Positions 8,130-17,845 of a stretch of DNA of 48,395 nt are shown here, piece after piece. The position numbers and the translations under genes are program-made. The notes under the pieces are model-generated. The model searched no databases. It had not been told where the DNA came from and saw only the letters and a program-made list of their open reading frames with translations. Source of the DNA: Jeotgalicoccus sp. (GTDB lineage: Bacteria > Bacillota > Bacilli > Staphylococcales > Salinicoccaceae). The first letter of the stretch is position 1. Every line of letters begins with the position of its first letter. The stretch is taken from contig DAIPYL010000006.1 of the NCBI GenBank assembly GCA_036782755.1, positions 1-48,395 on the forward strand, given 5' to 3'.

Positions 8130-8960
8130 CTAATCATCCTGTTCACTTTCAAGGATTTCCAGTGTTTCTGCATTAATTGTATATTCGTGTGTCTGTCCTT
8201 CATATTCGAGATCAATGTCGTATTCAGGGGTACCGTCATCCATACTTAATGACCATTCTTTAACTTCCCCGCCGCCAAGGTCTGCAATCGCTTCATCAAT
8301 TGCATCATAAGCTTCGTTCAGTGAGTTGTAATCAATCACTTCGTCCTGATTATCATCGTCATCGTCTTGTTCAGTTCTAACATCAATGACTTCTTCTGTG
8401 TCGTGGTCAACTACAACTTCAGACTCTTCACTGCCGTTATTTAAGTCGACTTTATAAACCCAGCTGTCACCGTCTTTTTCAAATGAAATTTCGTGGATAT
8501 CACCTTCAGCTTCTTCTTCAGCTATGGAAATAGCATCAGCCGCCATCAGACTGATATCTTCAAGTGCGATTGTCTGATTACCTGATTGACCGCTGTCAGT
8601 ATCGACTTTATTGGAAGAGCCTTCCGTTTCAGTACTTTCACTTGATGAATCATCAACATCATCTGCTTCATCTGCATTAGAATCTGTACTCGGATCGTTT
8701 CCTCCTGCCGGGTTGGCAGCTGTACTCGTATCGGAGTCTTCACCATTGTCTGTATCTTCATCCGGTGTATTTTCTTCCGTTGCTGCATCCTGTTCCGTAC
8801 CGCCGTGCTCTGTGCTTGTTTCTTCACCTTCATCCGATGCTTCCTCTTCTGTTATCGCTGCACCTTCAGGGGATGTATTCGCTGAATCCTCATCTTCACT
8901 GCTGCATGCTGCCATAATTAAACTCGAGGACAGCAGCAGTCCAATTGTTTTTATTTTCAT
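8130..8960 (-). CDS. Acidic lipoprotein with two PepSY-like domains
   Basis: Lipobox LIMAAC; long D/E/S/T linker; two repeats (AISIA...WVYKVDL / AIDEA...PEYDIDL...INAETLEIL); start 8960 after AAAGGAG. Confidence 0.8.
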   Translation of the reverse strand: MKIKTIGLLLSSSLIMAACSSEDEDSANTSPEGAAITEEEASDEGEETSTEHGGTEQDAATEENTPDEDTDNGEDSDTSTAANPAGGNDPSTDSNADEADDVDDSSSESTETEGSSNKVDTDSGQSGNQTIALEDISLMAADAISIAEEEAEGDIHEISFEKDGDSWVYKVDLNNGSEESEVVVDHDTEEVIDVRTEQDDDDDNQDEVIDYNSLNEAYDAIDEAIADLGGGEVKEWSLSMDDGTPEYDIDLEYEGQTHEYTINAETLEILESEQDD

Positions 8961-9109
8961 TGTGAATTCTCCTTTCAACGTCTTAGTCTTATAATATCCT
9001 GTTGCTGTTACAGACAAACATATTTTATTAAGACGATAACCATTTATCATTTATACAGTTATGGATATAATGGAACTATTATGAGATTTAACTATAGGAG
9101 TGTTAATCA

Positions 9110-11071
9110 GTGACTGTATCAGATAACAGTAATGAAGAATATAAAACACGTTATTTTCAGCTGCTGGCTGAAAAGTTTAATTCAGAAGAAAAAGTTGCGA
9201 CTGAAATTATAAACCTGGAATCTATTTTAGAACTCCCTAAAGGCACCGAGCATTTCGTCAGTGATCTGCACGGCGAGTTCCAATCGTTCCAGCATGTACT
9301 CCGTAACGGGTCCGGCAACGTGAAAGTGAAAATTGACGACCTGCTTCAGGACCGTCTTTCAGAAGCTGAGCTCAGTGAACTTGCAGCTCTCGTTTATTAT
9401 CCGGAGGAAAAATTAAAACTTATTAAAAACCAGTTCACGGATAAAGAGGAATTAACTGACTGGTATAAAGCTAAAATTGAACAGCTGATTGAGCTTGTTG
9501 CTCATTCTTCTTCAAAATATACCCGTTCCAAATTGCGTAAAGCACTGCCTCAGCATTTTGCTTACATAATCGAAGAGCTGTTGTATAAAAAAGATGAGCA
9601 CGATAACAAAAAACGTTATTACGATCGTATTTTAAACGAAATTATCGAACTGGGTCAGGCTGATAAATTAATTACGGGCCTTGCTTTTACGATTCAGCGT
9701 CTGGTTGTTGATCATCTGCACGTTGTCGGCGATATTTATGACCGTGGACCTGAACCCGATAAAATCATGGACACGCTGATTGATTACCACTCAGTCGATA
9801 TTCAGTGGGGAAATCACGATGTGCTGTGGCTCGGAGCTTATGCCGGCTCCAAAGTATGCCTCGCAAATATTATTCGTATTTGTGCACGCTACAATAATCT
9901 CGATATTATTGAAGATGCATACGGTATTAATCTGCGCCCGTTATTTACGCTCGCAGATAAGTACTACGATGATAATCCTGCATTCCATCCGAAGAAAACA
10001 TCGGACAAAGTGTTATCCGATCACGAACAGCTGCAGATGACTAAAGTTCAGCAGGCAATATCAATGATTCAGTTTAAGCTGGAAGCACCGATTATTAAAA
10101 GACGCCCAAGCTTTGAAATGGATGACCGTTTAGTACTTGAAAATATTAATTACGACACGATGGAATATACTGTTGACGGCAAAGTTTATCCGCTTGAAAA
10201 CACATGCTTCAGTACAGTCAATCCAAATAATCCTTCAGCTCTTACCGAAGAGGAACAGGACGTTATGAATACGCTGCTGATTTCGGTTCAGCAGTCCGAG
10301 AAACTTAAACGCCATATGAACTTTATGATGAAGAAAGGAAGTCTGTACTTGCGGTATAACGGCAACCTGCTGATTCACGGCTGTATTCCAGTTACGGAAA
10401 ACTGTGAGATGGAAGGCATGGAAATCGACGGTGAAGTTTATTACGGCAGAGAGCTCCTCGATCAATTTGAGAAGTATTTACGTCATGCATTCGTTAATCT
10501 GGATGAGACTGAAGACCTCGCTACAGATTTAATCTGGTACTTATGGACAGGCAAGAAGTCATCGCTGTTTGGTAAACGTGCCATGACGACGTTTGAAAGA
10601 TACTTTATCAGTGACAAAGCAACGCATAAAGAAGAAAAAAACCCGTACTATTATTTACGTGAACAGCCTGAAATGGCAGAAGCTTTCTTAAAAGAATTCA
10701 ATCTGGATCCGGTGAATGGACACATTATAAATGGTCACACGCCTGTTAAAGAAAAAGAAGGAGAAAACCCAATTAAAGCCGACGGCAAGTTAATTGTAAT
10801 CGACGGCGGTTTCTCAAAAGCTTATCAATCGACGACAGGCATTGCCGGATACACTCTCCTCTTCAACTCATACGGCATGCAGCTGGTTGCCCACCAGGAA
10901 TTTAACTCCAAAGATAAAGTACTGGAAAATGAATCCGATGTACTCGCAGTCAGAAGAATAGTCGATGAAGAACTCGAACGTAAAAAAGTAAGAGATACAG
11001 AAATCGGTAAACGTCTGAGATATGAAATCGATATGCTGAAAAACTTAATGACTCACCGTTATATCAATTAA
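9110..11071 (+). CDS. fbp: Fructose-1,6-bisphosphatase class III
   Basis: [45 protein letters not shown]; 653 aa. Confidence 0.96.
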   Translation: MTVSDNSNEEYKTRYFQLLAEKFNSEEKVATEIINLESILELPKGTEHFVSDLHGEFQSFQHVLRNGSGNVKVKIDDLLQDRLSEAELSELAALVYYPEEKLKLIKNQFTDKEELTDWYKAKIEQLIELVAHSSSKYTRSKLRKALPQHFAYIIEELLYKKDEHDNKKRYYDRILNEIIELGQADKLITGLAFTIQRLVVDHLHVVGDIYDRGPEPDKIMDTLIDYHSVDIQWGNHDVLWLGAYAGSKVCLANIIRICARYNNLDIIEDAYGINLRPLFTLADKYYDDNPAFHPKKTSDKVLSDHEQLQMTKVQQAISMIQFKLEAPIIKRRPSFEMDDRLVLENINYDTMEYTVDGKVYPLENTCFSTVNPNNPSALTEEEQDVMNTLLISVQQSEKLKRHMNFMMKKGSLYLRYNGNLLIHGCIPVTENCEMEGMEIDGEVYYGRELLDQFEKYLRHAFVNLDETEDLATDLIWYLWTGKKSSLFGKRAMTTFERYFISDKATHKEEKNPYYYLREQPEMAEAFLKEFNLDPVNGHIINGHTPVKEKEGENPIKADGKLIVIDGGFSKAYQSTTGIAGYTLLFNSYGMQLVAHQEFNSKDKVLENESDVLAVRRIVDEELERKKVRDTEIGKRLRYEIDMLKNLMTHRYIN

Positions 11072-11083
11072 ATAAAACGATAA

Positions 11084-11119
11084 AAAATAACGCTCATAGA
11101 TTGCTATGAGCGTTATTTT
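11084..11119. terminator. Bidirectional terminator
   Basis: AAAATAACGCTCATAG-ATTG-CTATGAGCGTTATTTT. Confidence 0.8.
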
Positions 11120-11130
11120 GGCGCTATATA

Positions 11131-11859
11131 TTATTGTGCTGTAAAGCCGCCGTCGACAGTTAATGTGTTTGCTGTCATAAATGAAGAGTCATCTGATGCT
11201 AGGAACAATGCTGCTTTAGCCATTTCTTCTGATGTACCAAGACGTCCGATTGGCGTACTTTCAGCCAATGCTTCTTTTACTTCCGCCGGAATAATCGGAG
11301 TATCGATGAATCCAGGACAAAGTGCGTTTACTCTGATATTCTCTTTCGCATACTCAACACCAAGTGAACGTGTCAGGTTAATCACGCCGCCTTTTGCTGC
11401 GTTATAAGCGGCACTGCCTGCAGCACCAATCCATCCGTACATCGATGCTGTATTGATAATATTACCGCTGCCCTGTTCACGGAAGTAATCTATTGCCAGT
11501 TTAGAGAATAGGAATACTGCATCGAGATCCACATTGACCGTTTTACGATATTCAGCATACGATACTTCGTGTGTCGGTTTCGTTGCACCGATACCTGCGT
11601 TATTAAACAGAATATCTATACGTCCATATTTCTCTATTGTTTTATCAAATACTTTTTTTGCATCTTCCTCGCTCGTTACATCCGCCTGAACGAAAATTGT
11701 GTCTCCGCCCATCTCTTCTGCAATTTTGTTTCCTTTTTGCTCGTCCAGATCCACAAGTACCAGCTTTGCGCCTTCCTCTTTAAATAAGTCTGCTGATGCT
11801 TTACCGATTCCTGAAATACCACCTGTGATAATGACGACTTTATCTTGTAATTTTGCCAT
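11131..11859 (-). CDS. Classical SDR oxidoreductase
   Basis: TGGISGIG, NNAG, YNAAK, PGFIDT, VDGG. Confidence 0.93.
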   Translation of the reverse strand: MAKLQDKVVIITGGISGIGKASADLFKEEGAKLVLVDLDEQKGNKIAEEMGGDTIFVQADVTSEEDAKKVFDKTIEKYGRIDILFNNAGIGATKPTHEVSYAEYRKTVNVDLDAVFLFSKLAIDYFREQGSGNIINTASMYGWIGAAGSAAYNAAKGGVINLTRSLGVEYAKENIRVNALCPGFIDTPIIPAEVKEALAESTPIGRLGTSEEMAKAALFLASDDSSFMTANTLTVDGGFTAQ

Positions 11860-12052
11860 TTTATTACCTCCAAAATGAATTTCTTTCTTAATTACATTGT
11901 ATCATTTAAATTTTCTAATAATACAGTAATAACAACTGAAAACTATATGTGAAATTGTTCGCATTAGACAAAAATGTCTTTAAACTGTGTAAAAGCGGGT
12001 AATACTTCAGAGAGATATCATTTACATAAACCATCGCAGAAAGGAGAATTCT

Positions 12053-13159
12053 ATGCCTTCTATTACAGTGGGTCTGATCCCGGCTCCGGGAATGCCGAAA
12101 AAGCTAGTTGAAAAAATTATTGATGACCTGCCGGGACTCGCAAGAAAATATGTCGATGACAGCTGTACATTCAAATTCGAAATTGAAGTCAGTCCTTTGA
12201 CGAGTTCGTCGGAATATATTAACGAAACTATTCACAGAATGGTTAAGATTAAAAAAAAGAATGATTGGGATTATGTCATCGGCATTACCGATTTGCCAAG
12301 TTTGTCTGAGAATAGAGTGGTCGTATCAGAGTTTGATTCACAAAAATTAGTCTCACTGCTCTCCCTTCCTGCCCTCGGTTTCTTTATTTTAAAAAGAAAA
12401 TTAAAGCGAATGGTTATACATCATCTCGAATATCTGCACGAATATAACCAGAACAGCTCGTCATTTAAAAGCAGTGAACTCTCAACTCCAACGGTTATGA
12501 ATATTTCCCGGGAAACTCCCATCGAGGATAATGAAAGTACCAACCGTTATATTATTAAGTCGTATTTTATCGGCTGGCTGAAAATAATTTTAGGAATGAC
12601 TTACATTAACGAACCGTGGTCAATCATCACTAATTTTAAAACGCTCGTATCACTGGCTTTTGCTTCTGGTACATATATCGCTATATTCTCAACTCCCTGG
12701 GAACTCAGTATGGATTATCAGCCATGGCGGCTGATCGCTTTAATGCTGTTTTCTATTACAGGTATGGTTTTCTGGCTAATGTATGCTCATAAATTATGGG
12801 AAATATCATCGACAAGTACAGCAGCTCATTACCGCTGGATCTATAATCTGACAACATTTATGACACTTTTATTCGTTACATTAGCTAACTACGTTATTCT
12901 TTATATTTTACTTACAATATCTATTACCATGTTTGTACCGACGGAGATTTTTAATGCCTGGACAAAGGCAGATACAGATTTTACCGTAATGAACTATATC
13001 AACCTGATCTGGTTTACAACTTCTCTCGGTATGCTGGCAGGAGCACTCGGCTCTACCGCCGAAAGTGAGGACAAAGTCCGCAGTGTAACTTATTCATACC
13101 GGCAGAGATACCGTTACAATAAACTTCAGGAAGAAGATGAGGATTCCAGCTATGAATAA
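12053..13159 (+). CDS. Conserved membrane protein of unknown function (paralog A)
   Basis: RBS AAAGGAG; soluble N-half and ~4 hydrophobic segments; shares many motifs with the next gene. Confidence 0.8.
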   Translation: MPSITVGLIPAPGMPKKLVEKIIDDLPGLARKYVDDSCTFKFEIEVSPLTSSSEYINETIHRMVKIKKKNDWDYVIGITDLPSLSENRVVVSEFDSQKLVSLLSLPALGFFILKRKLKRMVIHHLEYLHEYNQNSSSFKSSELSTPTVMNISRETPIEDNESTNRYIIKSYFIGWLKIILGMTYINEPWSIITNFKTLVSLAFASGTYIAIFSTPWELSMDYQPWRLIALMLFSITGMVFWLMYAHKLWEISSTSTAAHYRWIYNLTTFMTLLFVTLANYVILYILLTISITMFVPTEIFNAWTKADTDFTVMNYINLIWFTTSLGMLAGALGSTAESEDKVRSVTYSYRQRYRYNKLQEEDEDSSYE

Positions 13160-13174
13160 GAGAGGAGGGAAATT

Positions 13175-14278
13175 ATGATTCGTCTAGGATTAATCGTAGC
13201 GCCTGGGACCGCTAAAAATATAATCAATAAAATAGAAGATGAATTGGTTGAAGATTTAAAAGAATATTTATCAACCACTGATGAGTGGGAAGTTGATGTT
13301 GTCGTCGACCCTTTGGCCGGCGAAACAGAGTTCAGCAGTAAAATTTATTCAAAATCAGATGAATATCTGCGTGAAAATAACTGTGATTTTTTAGTCAGCA
13401 TTATTGATTTACCATTATTTTATAAAGATAAAGCTGTGCTTATAGACATTGATAATTCTGATGGCGTTGCGATAATGTCTATTCCGGCATTCGGATGGCG
13501 TCCCCTGAAGAAAAGAATGAAAACTGCAATTATTAATACATTAAAAATTATTAATAAAAGCAATAATAATGACACTTATATTGAAGAGGAATGCCGTGAA
13601 TTAAAAAGTATGTTCACATTATCAAAACTGGAGCACTCAGAAGACTATTTCGAAGACTCAAAAACACAACATCTTCTATTTCATATGAAATCTAAAGTCG
13701 GCAGCACTGCGAGACTGGTCAGCGGAATGACTTTTGCAAATAACCCCTACAATATGATGCAGAGTTTAAGCGGTGTGACATCAATCGCTTTTGCGACAGG
13801 TGCGTTCGGTATTATTTTCTCGACGATGTGGAATTTAAGCTATCTGTTTCCTACATGGCGACTACTTGCGATTTCAATACTGTCGATATTCGGCATGCTG
13901 CTCTGGATTATTATTTCCCATGATTTATGGGAGAAGTTCAAAGAAGGTGAAAGTCGCAAAATAACATCACTGTACAACAGCACAACATTACTGACACTAT
14001 TTATCTCCCTGCTGTTTTACTATATGCTGCTGTATCTTTTATTCCTGGCTGCAGGGGTCATTTTACTGCCGCCGGACTTCATTGCAAAAACCATTCAGGC
14101 GGACCATATCGGTGTCATATTCTATCTGGAACTTGCATGGTTCGCCGCATCACTGACGACAGTTGCCGGTGCAATCGGTGCCGGTTTTCAGGACAAAGAA
14201 ACTATTCAGGAAAGTACTTACGGTTACCGTCAGCGAATGAGGTATCAGGAAAATGAAGAAGAAAGCGGCGAGTCATAG
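13175..14278 (+). CDS. Conserved membrane protein of unknown function (paralog B)
   Basis: RBS GAGGAGG; same architecture as 12053-13159. Confidence 0.8.
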   Translation: MIRLGLIVAPGTAKNIINKIEDELVEDLKEYLSTTDEWEVDVVVDPLAGETEFSSKIYSKSDEYLRENNCDFLVSIIDLPLFYKDKAVLIDIDNSDGVAIMSIPAFGWRPLKKRMKTAIINTLKIINKSNNNDTYIEEECRELKSMFTLSKLEHSEDYFEDSKTQHLLFHMKSKVGSTARLVSGMTFANNPYNMMQSLSGVTSIAFATGAFGIIFSTMWNLSYLFPTWRLLAISILSIFGMLLWIIISHDLWEKFKEGESRKITSLYNSTTLLTLFISLLFYYMLLYLLFLAAGVILLPPDFIAKTIQADHIGVIFYLELAWFAASLTTVAGAIGAGFQDKETIQESTYGYRQRMRYQENEEESGES

Positions 14279-14346
14279 TTTTGTTTTAATAATTTAAAGA
14301 GTGGTAGATAAGACAATGATCTTAATTTCAGAAAAGGATGGGTGTA

Positions 14347-15189
14347 ATGTCAAATAATATTCCTATTTTTCAAATGCACGATGGATATAAAATACCAGCT
14401 ATCGGTTATGGCACATCAAGTGTTATCGGCAAGAGCGGTGCAGAGAGTGTTGAAAATGCACTGAAAAACGGCTATCGTCTCATCGATACTGCCATTCGCT
14501 ATGAAAATGAAGGCGCCGTCGGGGAAGGTATCCGACGCAGTTCGGTACCGAGAGAAGAAATTTTTGTGACTTCAAAATTGCGCGGCGGACTGTATGATTA
14601 CGACAGGGCACTTGCTGCAATTGAAGAATCACTGTTCCGTACAGGATTGGAGTACTTTGATTTATTCCTCTTACATTGGCCGAACCCTAAGCAGGATAAA
14701 TACACAGAAGCATGGAAAGCATTAATCCAGGCTCAGAAAAATGGCTATGTCCGCTCAATCGGAGTATCAAATTTTGAACCCGCACATATTAATCGTCTCA
14801 TCGATGAAACTGGAGTAAAACCAGCTGTGAATCAAATTGAATTACATCCTTACTTTAATCAAAAAGAAGTGAGAGAGTTTAATAAGGAACACGGCATTAT
14901 TACTGAAGCATGGAGTCCGTTATCCAGAGCAAGAACAGTTATCTATGATGAAACACTAAAACAATTAGCCGAAAGTAAAAATAAAGAAATTGCTCAAGTT
15001 ATTCTCCGCTGGCATTATCAGCACGGCGTGCTTTCAATACCAAAAGCATCCAGCTCCAAACATCAGCTGGCAAACTTAAATATTTTTGACTTCGAACTTA
15101 CAGAGACCGAAATGCAGAAAATTGATTCTCTTACTCAGGAAGAAGGACGTATCGATAACCAGAACCCTAATGAGTATGAAGAATTTTAG
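14347..15189 (+). CDS. Aldo/keto reductase (2,5-DKG reductase-like)
   Basis: GYRLIDTA.RYENE, FVTSK, LLHWP, IGVSNF, NQIELHP, IPKAS; alternative start 14338. Confidence 0.93.
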   Translation: MSNNIPIFQMHDGYKIPAIGYGTSSVIGKSGAESVENALKNGYRLIDTAIRYENEGAVGEGIRRSSVPREEIFVTSKLRGGLYDYDRALAAIEESLFRTGLEYFDLFLLHWPNPKQDKYTEAWKALIQAQKNGYVRSIGVSNFEPAHINRLIDETGVKPAVNQIELHPYFNQKEVREFNKEHGIITEAWSPLSRARTVIYDETLKQLAESKNKEIAQVILRWHYQHGVLSIPKASSSKHQLANLNIFDFELTETEMQKIDSLTQEEGRIDNQNPNEYEEF

Positions 15190-15209
15190 TTTCTTAAGAT
15201 TCCAAGAAA

Positions 15210-15252
15210 AAAGCACTTTACCCTCTGACTCGTTCAGAGGGTAAAGTGCTTT
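15210..15252. terminator. Bidirectional terminator
   Basis: 19-bp perfect stem AAAGCACTTTACCCTCTGA / TCAGAGGGTAAAGTGCTTT. Confidence 0.8.
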
Positions 15253-15254
15253 AT

Positions 15255-16772
15255 TTATTCCAGTAAATTATTTTCTGCTAAATATTCTTCTGCTACATCA
15301 TACGGATTTTCATCTTCCACAGATACACGGTAATTCATGTCCTGCATTTCTTCATCTGTAATCATGCCGGAGAGTTTATTTAAAGGTTCCACTATCTCCG
15401 AATGTTCATCAAGAAATTCCTGTTTAAACATTGGTGCACCCTGATAAGGCGGGAATACCGCTTCTGTATCTTCAAGTATCACCATATCGTATTCGCGAAG
15501 CTCTGCATCTGTTGCGTAAGCGTCCATCAGATTTATATCTCCGCTTTCAATCGCCTGGTAGCGCAGCTGCGGTTCCATCGTTACCACATCATTAAAGTTT
15601 AAATTATAAGCTTCCTGGATTGCTGGATAACCATCTTCTGTTCTGTCATTAAACTCCATAGTGAAACCTGGTTTAACAATGTCTTCAATTTGTCTGAGGT
15701 CTCCGATTGTTTCTAGTCCGTGTTCTTCTGCAAAGTCTCTTTTCACAGCAAGTGTATATGTGTTATTAAATGCCATTGGTTCAAGCATCGTCATGTCAAA
15801 TTGTTCATCAAGGGCGGTGTTTGCCTGATTATAAACCGCCTCAGCTTCATTGGATTCCGGCGGTATCTTGACGAGTTCGCCAAGTACTGTTCCTGTAAAC
15901 TCAAGGTAGCCGTCGATATCGTCAGATTCCAGTGCATTGAACAGGAATGATGTTTTGCCAAGCCCATCTTCGACATTAACGTTGTAGTCTGTTTCTTCCT
16001 CAATCAGTATTTTATACATATTCGTAATAATCGACGGCTCTGCACCAAGTTTCCCGGCGATTGTTATACTGTCACCGCGGTTCGTTAATAACGGTGCTAG
16101 CGCTACGAGCAGAATAACGATGAATATCGTGCCAACAAGTGTCACTGCTTTTTTATACGACAGATTTTGAATCACTCTTAAAATAATATCAAAAAGAATC
16201 GCCAGTAATGCTGCCGGTATAGCACCGATTAATATGAGGTGTGTATTGTTTCTGTCGATACCTAATAGAATTAAATCACCAAGACCGCCCGCACCGATTA
16301 GTGCAGCGAGTGTTGCAGTACCGATAATCAGCACCATTGCTGTGCGGACACCTGCCATAATGACCGGCATTGCAATCGGCATCTCTACTTTCATCAATCT
16401 TCGCATCGGCTTCATACCGATTCCCCGTGCTGCTTCAACGAGCGAGTCATCCACTTCAGCTATACCTGTATAAGTATTTCTCAGTATCGGAAGTAACGCA
16501 TAAATAACGAGCGCGATAATTGCCGGCACCACACCAATACCGAACAATGGTATCATCAAACCCAGTAATGCCAGGGATGGTATCGTCTGCAGTACTGCTG
16601 CGACATTAATGACCACTTCTGCCGTACGCTTCGTTTTTGTTAAAATAACGCCTAGCGGTATACCGATAACAGCCGCAATCAAGAGCGCGATAAACGATAT
16701 CTGAATATGTTCTATTAAAGTCGACAGCAGTTCGCCTTTACGAGAATTAAGTGTTTCTAAAAATGTAGTCAT
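15255..16772 (-). CDS. Osmoprotectant ABC transporter, fused permease / substrate-binding protein
   Basis: QTIPSLALLG, EAARGIGM, GAGGLG; C-terminal SBP with YLEFTGT, FNNTY, DAYATD, FPPYQ. Confidence 0.92.
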   Translation of the reverse strand: MTTFLETLNSRKGELLSTLIEHIQISFIALLIAAVIGIPLGVILTKTKRTAEVVINVAAVLQTIPSLALLGLMIPLFGIGVVPAIIALVIYALLPILRNTYTGIAEVDDSLVEAARGIGMKPMRRLMKVEMPIAMPVIMAGVRTAMVLIIGTATLAALIGAGGLGDLILLGIDRNNTHLILIGAIPAALLAILFDIILRVIQNLSYKKAVTLVGTIFIVILLVALAPLLTNRGDSITIAGKLGAEPSIITNMYKILIEEETDYNVNVEDGLGKTSFLFNALESDDIDGYLEFTGTVLGELVKIPPESNEAEAVYNQANTALDEQFDMTMLEPMAFNNTYTLAVKRDFAEEHGLETIGDLRQIEDIVKPGFTMEFNDRTEDGYPAIQEAYNLNFNDVVTMEPQLRYQAIESGDINLMDAYATDAELREYDMVILEDTEAVFPPYQGAPMFKQEFLDEHSEIVEPLNKLSGMITDEEMQDMNYRVSVEDENPYDVAEEYLAENNLLE

Positions 16773-17707
16773 GCACTGTCACCACGCTTCAGGGATAAAT
16801 GCTTAAAGACATCCTGTCTGTTCAAGCATTTATTTCCATTTTTAGTCTTCACTATTACTGTCTCGTGTTCCGCAAATACTTTAAATGCATCTTCAATTTT
16901 TGTATCTTCTTCCACAAGAGGATAATCTTCATTGTTAACTTCCTGTGAATTTTCGCTGACGAATTCGCCGACAGTTATATTTTCTTTCTGCCGGTATCCT
17001 ATAAATTCTTTTACGAAATCATTTTTCGGATTCGATAAAAACTCATTCGGGCTACCGATCTGTTCAATCCGGCCTTCATTAAATAAACAAATACGGTCGC
17101 CAAGCTTCATTGCCTCTTTAATATCATGTGTCACAAAGACAATTGTTTTTTTAATTTCTTTCTGCAGTGCTATTAAATCATCCTGCAGGCTTTCCCTTGT
17201 AATCGGGTCTAAAGCACTGAATGGTTCATCCATTAAAATAACCGGCGGATCCGCTGCCAGTGCGCGAATTACTCCGACACGCTGCTGCTGTCCTCCTGAA
17301 AGTTCAGCAGGTTTCCGGTCTTTATATATATCCGGATCAAGTCCCACCATCGCCATCAGTTCAGCAGTCCTTTTACTAATATCCGCTTCTTTCCATTTTT
17401 TCATCTGCGGCACCTGTGCAATATTTTCGCCGATTGTCATATGCGGGAACAGTGCTATCTGCTGCAATACATAGCCGATATCCCAGCGCATTTCATAGAC
17501 TTCGTAATCACTCACCGGCTTATCTTTAAAATAAATATAGCCTTCAGTTAAGGGAATGAGTCTGTTTATCATTTTCAAAGTTGTCGTCTTGCCACTTCCC
17601 GACGGGCCTATTAAAACAAAAAACTCCCCTTCTTTAACATTAAAGCTTGCATCTTCGACAGCTGTTTTACTGCCGTAGCGCTTCGTTACATTCTTAAACT
17701 CAATCAT
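16769..17707 (-). CDS. Osmoprotectant ABC transporter ATP-binding subunit
   Basis: GPSGSGKTT, LSGGQQQRVG, LMDEPFSALDP, FVTHD. Confidence 0.92.
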   Translation of the reverse strand: MIEFKNVTKRYGSKTAVEDASFNVKEGEFFVLIGPSGSGKTTTLKMINRLIPLTEGYIYFKDKPVSDYEVYEMRWDIGYVLQQIALFPHMTIGENIAQVPQMKKWKEADISKRTAELMAMVGLDPDIYKDRKPAELSGGQQQRVGVIRALAADPPVILMDEPFSALDPITRESLQDDLIALQKEIKKTIVFVTHDIKEAMKLGDRICLFNEGRIEQIGSPNEFLSNPKNDFVKEFIGYRQKENITVGEFVSENSQEVNNEDYPLVEEDTKIEDAFKVFAEHETVIVKTKNGNKCLNRQDVFKHLSLKRGDSA

Positions 17708-17845
17708 GGATTATCCGCTCCTCTTTATTTTAAGTAAATCATTATATGTATTAAAATAGGGAATAATGATGTATACCCTATTTACCACAAACATAAAAAG
17801 GGAATAGTATATATTACAATATATTTTTTTGAGAGGGGATTATAC

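Noticed and set aside
11084..11119. ATGAGCGTT shared between the fbp terminator and the repeat at the window start
   Set aside because: A 9-bp match with different hairpin geometry is compatible with chance.
15214..15248. CACTTTA...TAAAGTG as a third HisR site
   Set aside because: The spacer is 21 bp rather than 6; these are the arms of a terminator between convergent genes.
16932..17474. Long antisense/alternate-frame ORFs (also 8611-8994, 19240-19650, 19909-20346, 41510-42070, 41812-42285)
   Set aside because: They are shadows of well-supported genes with no recognisable motifs.
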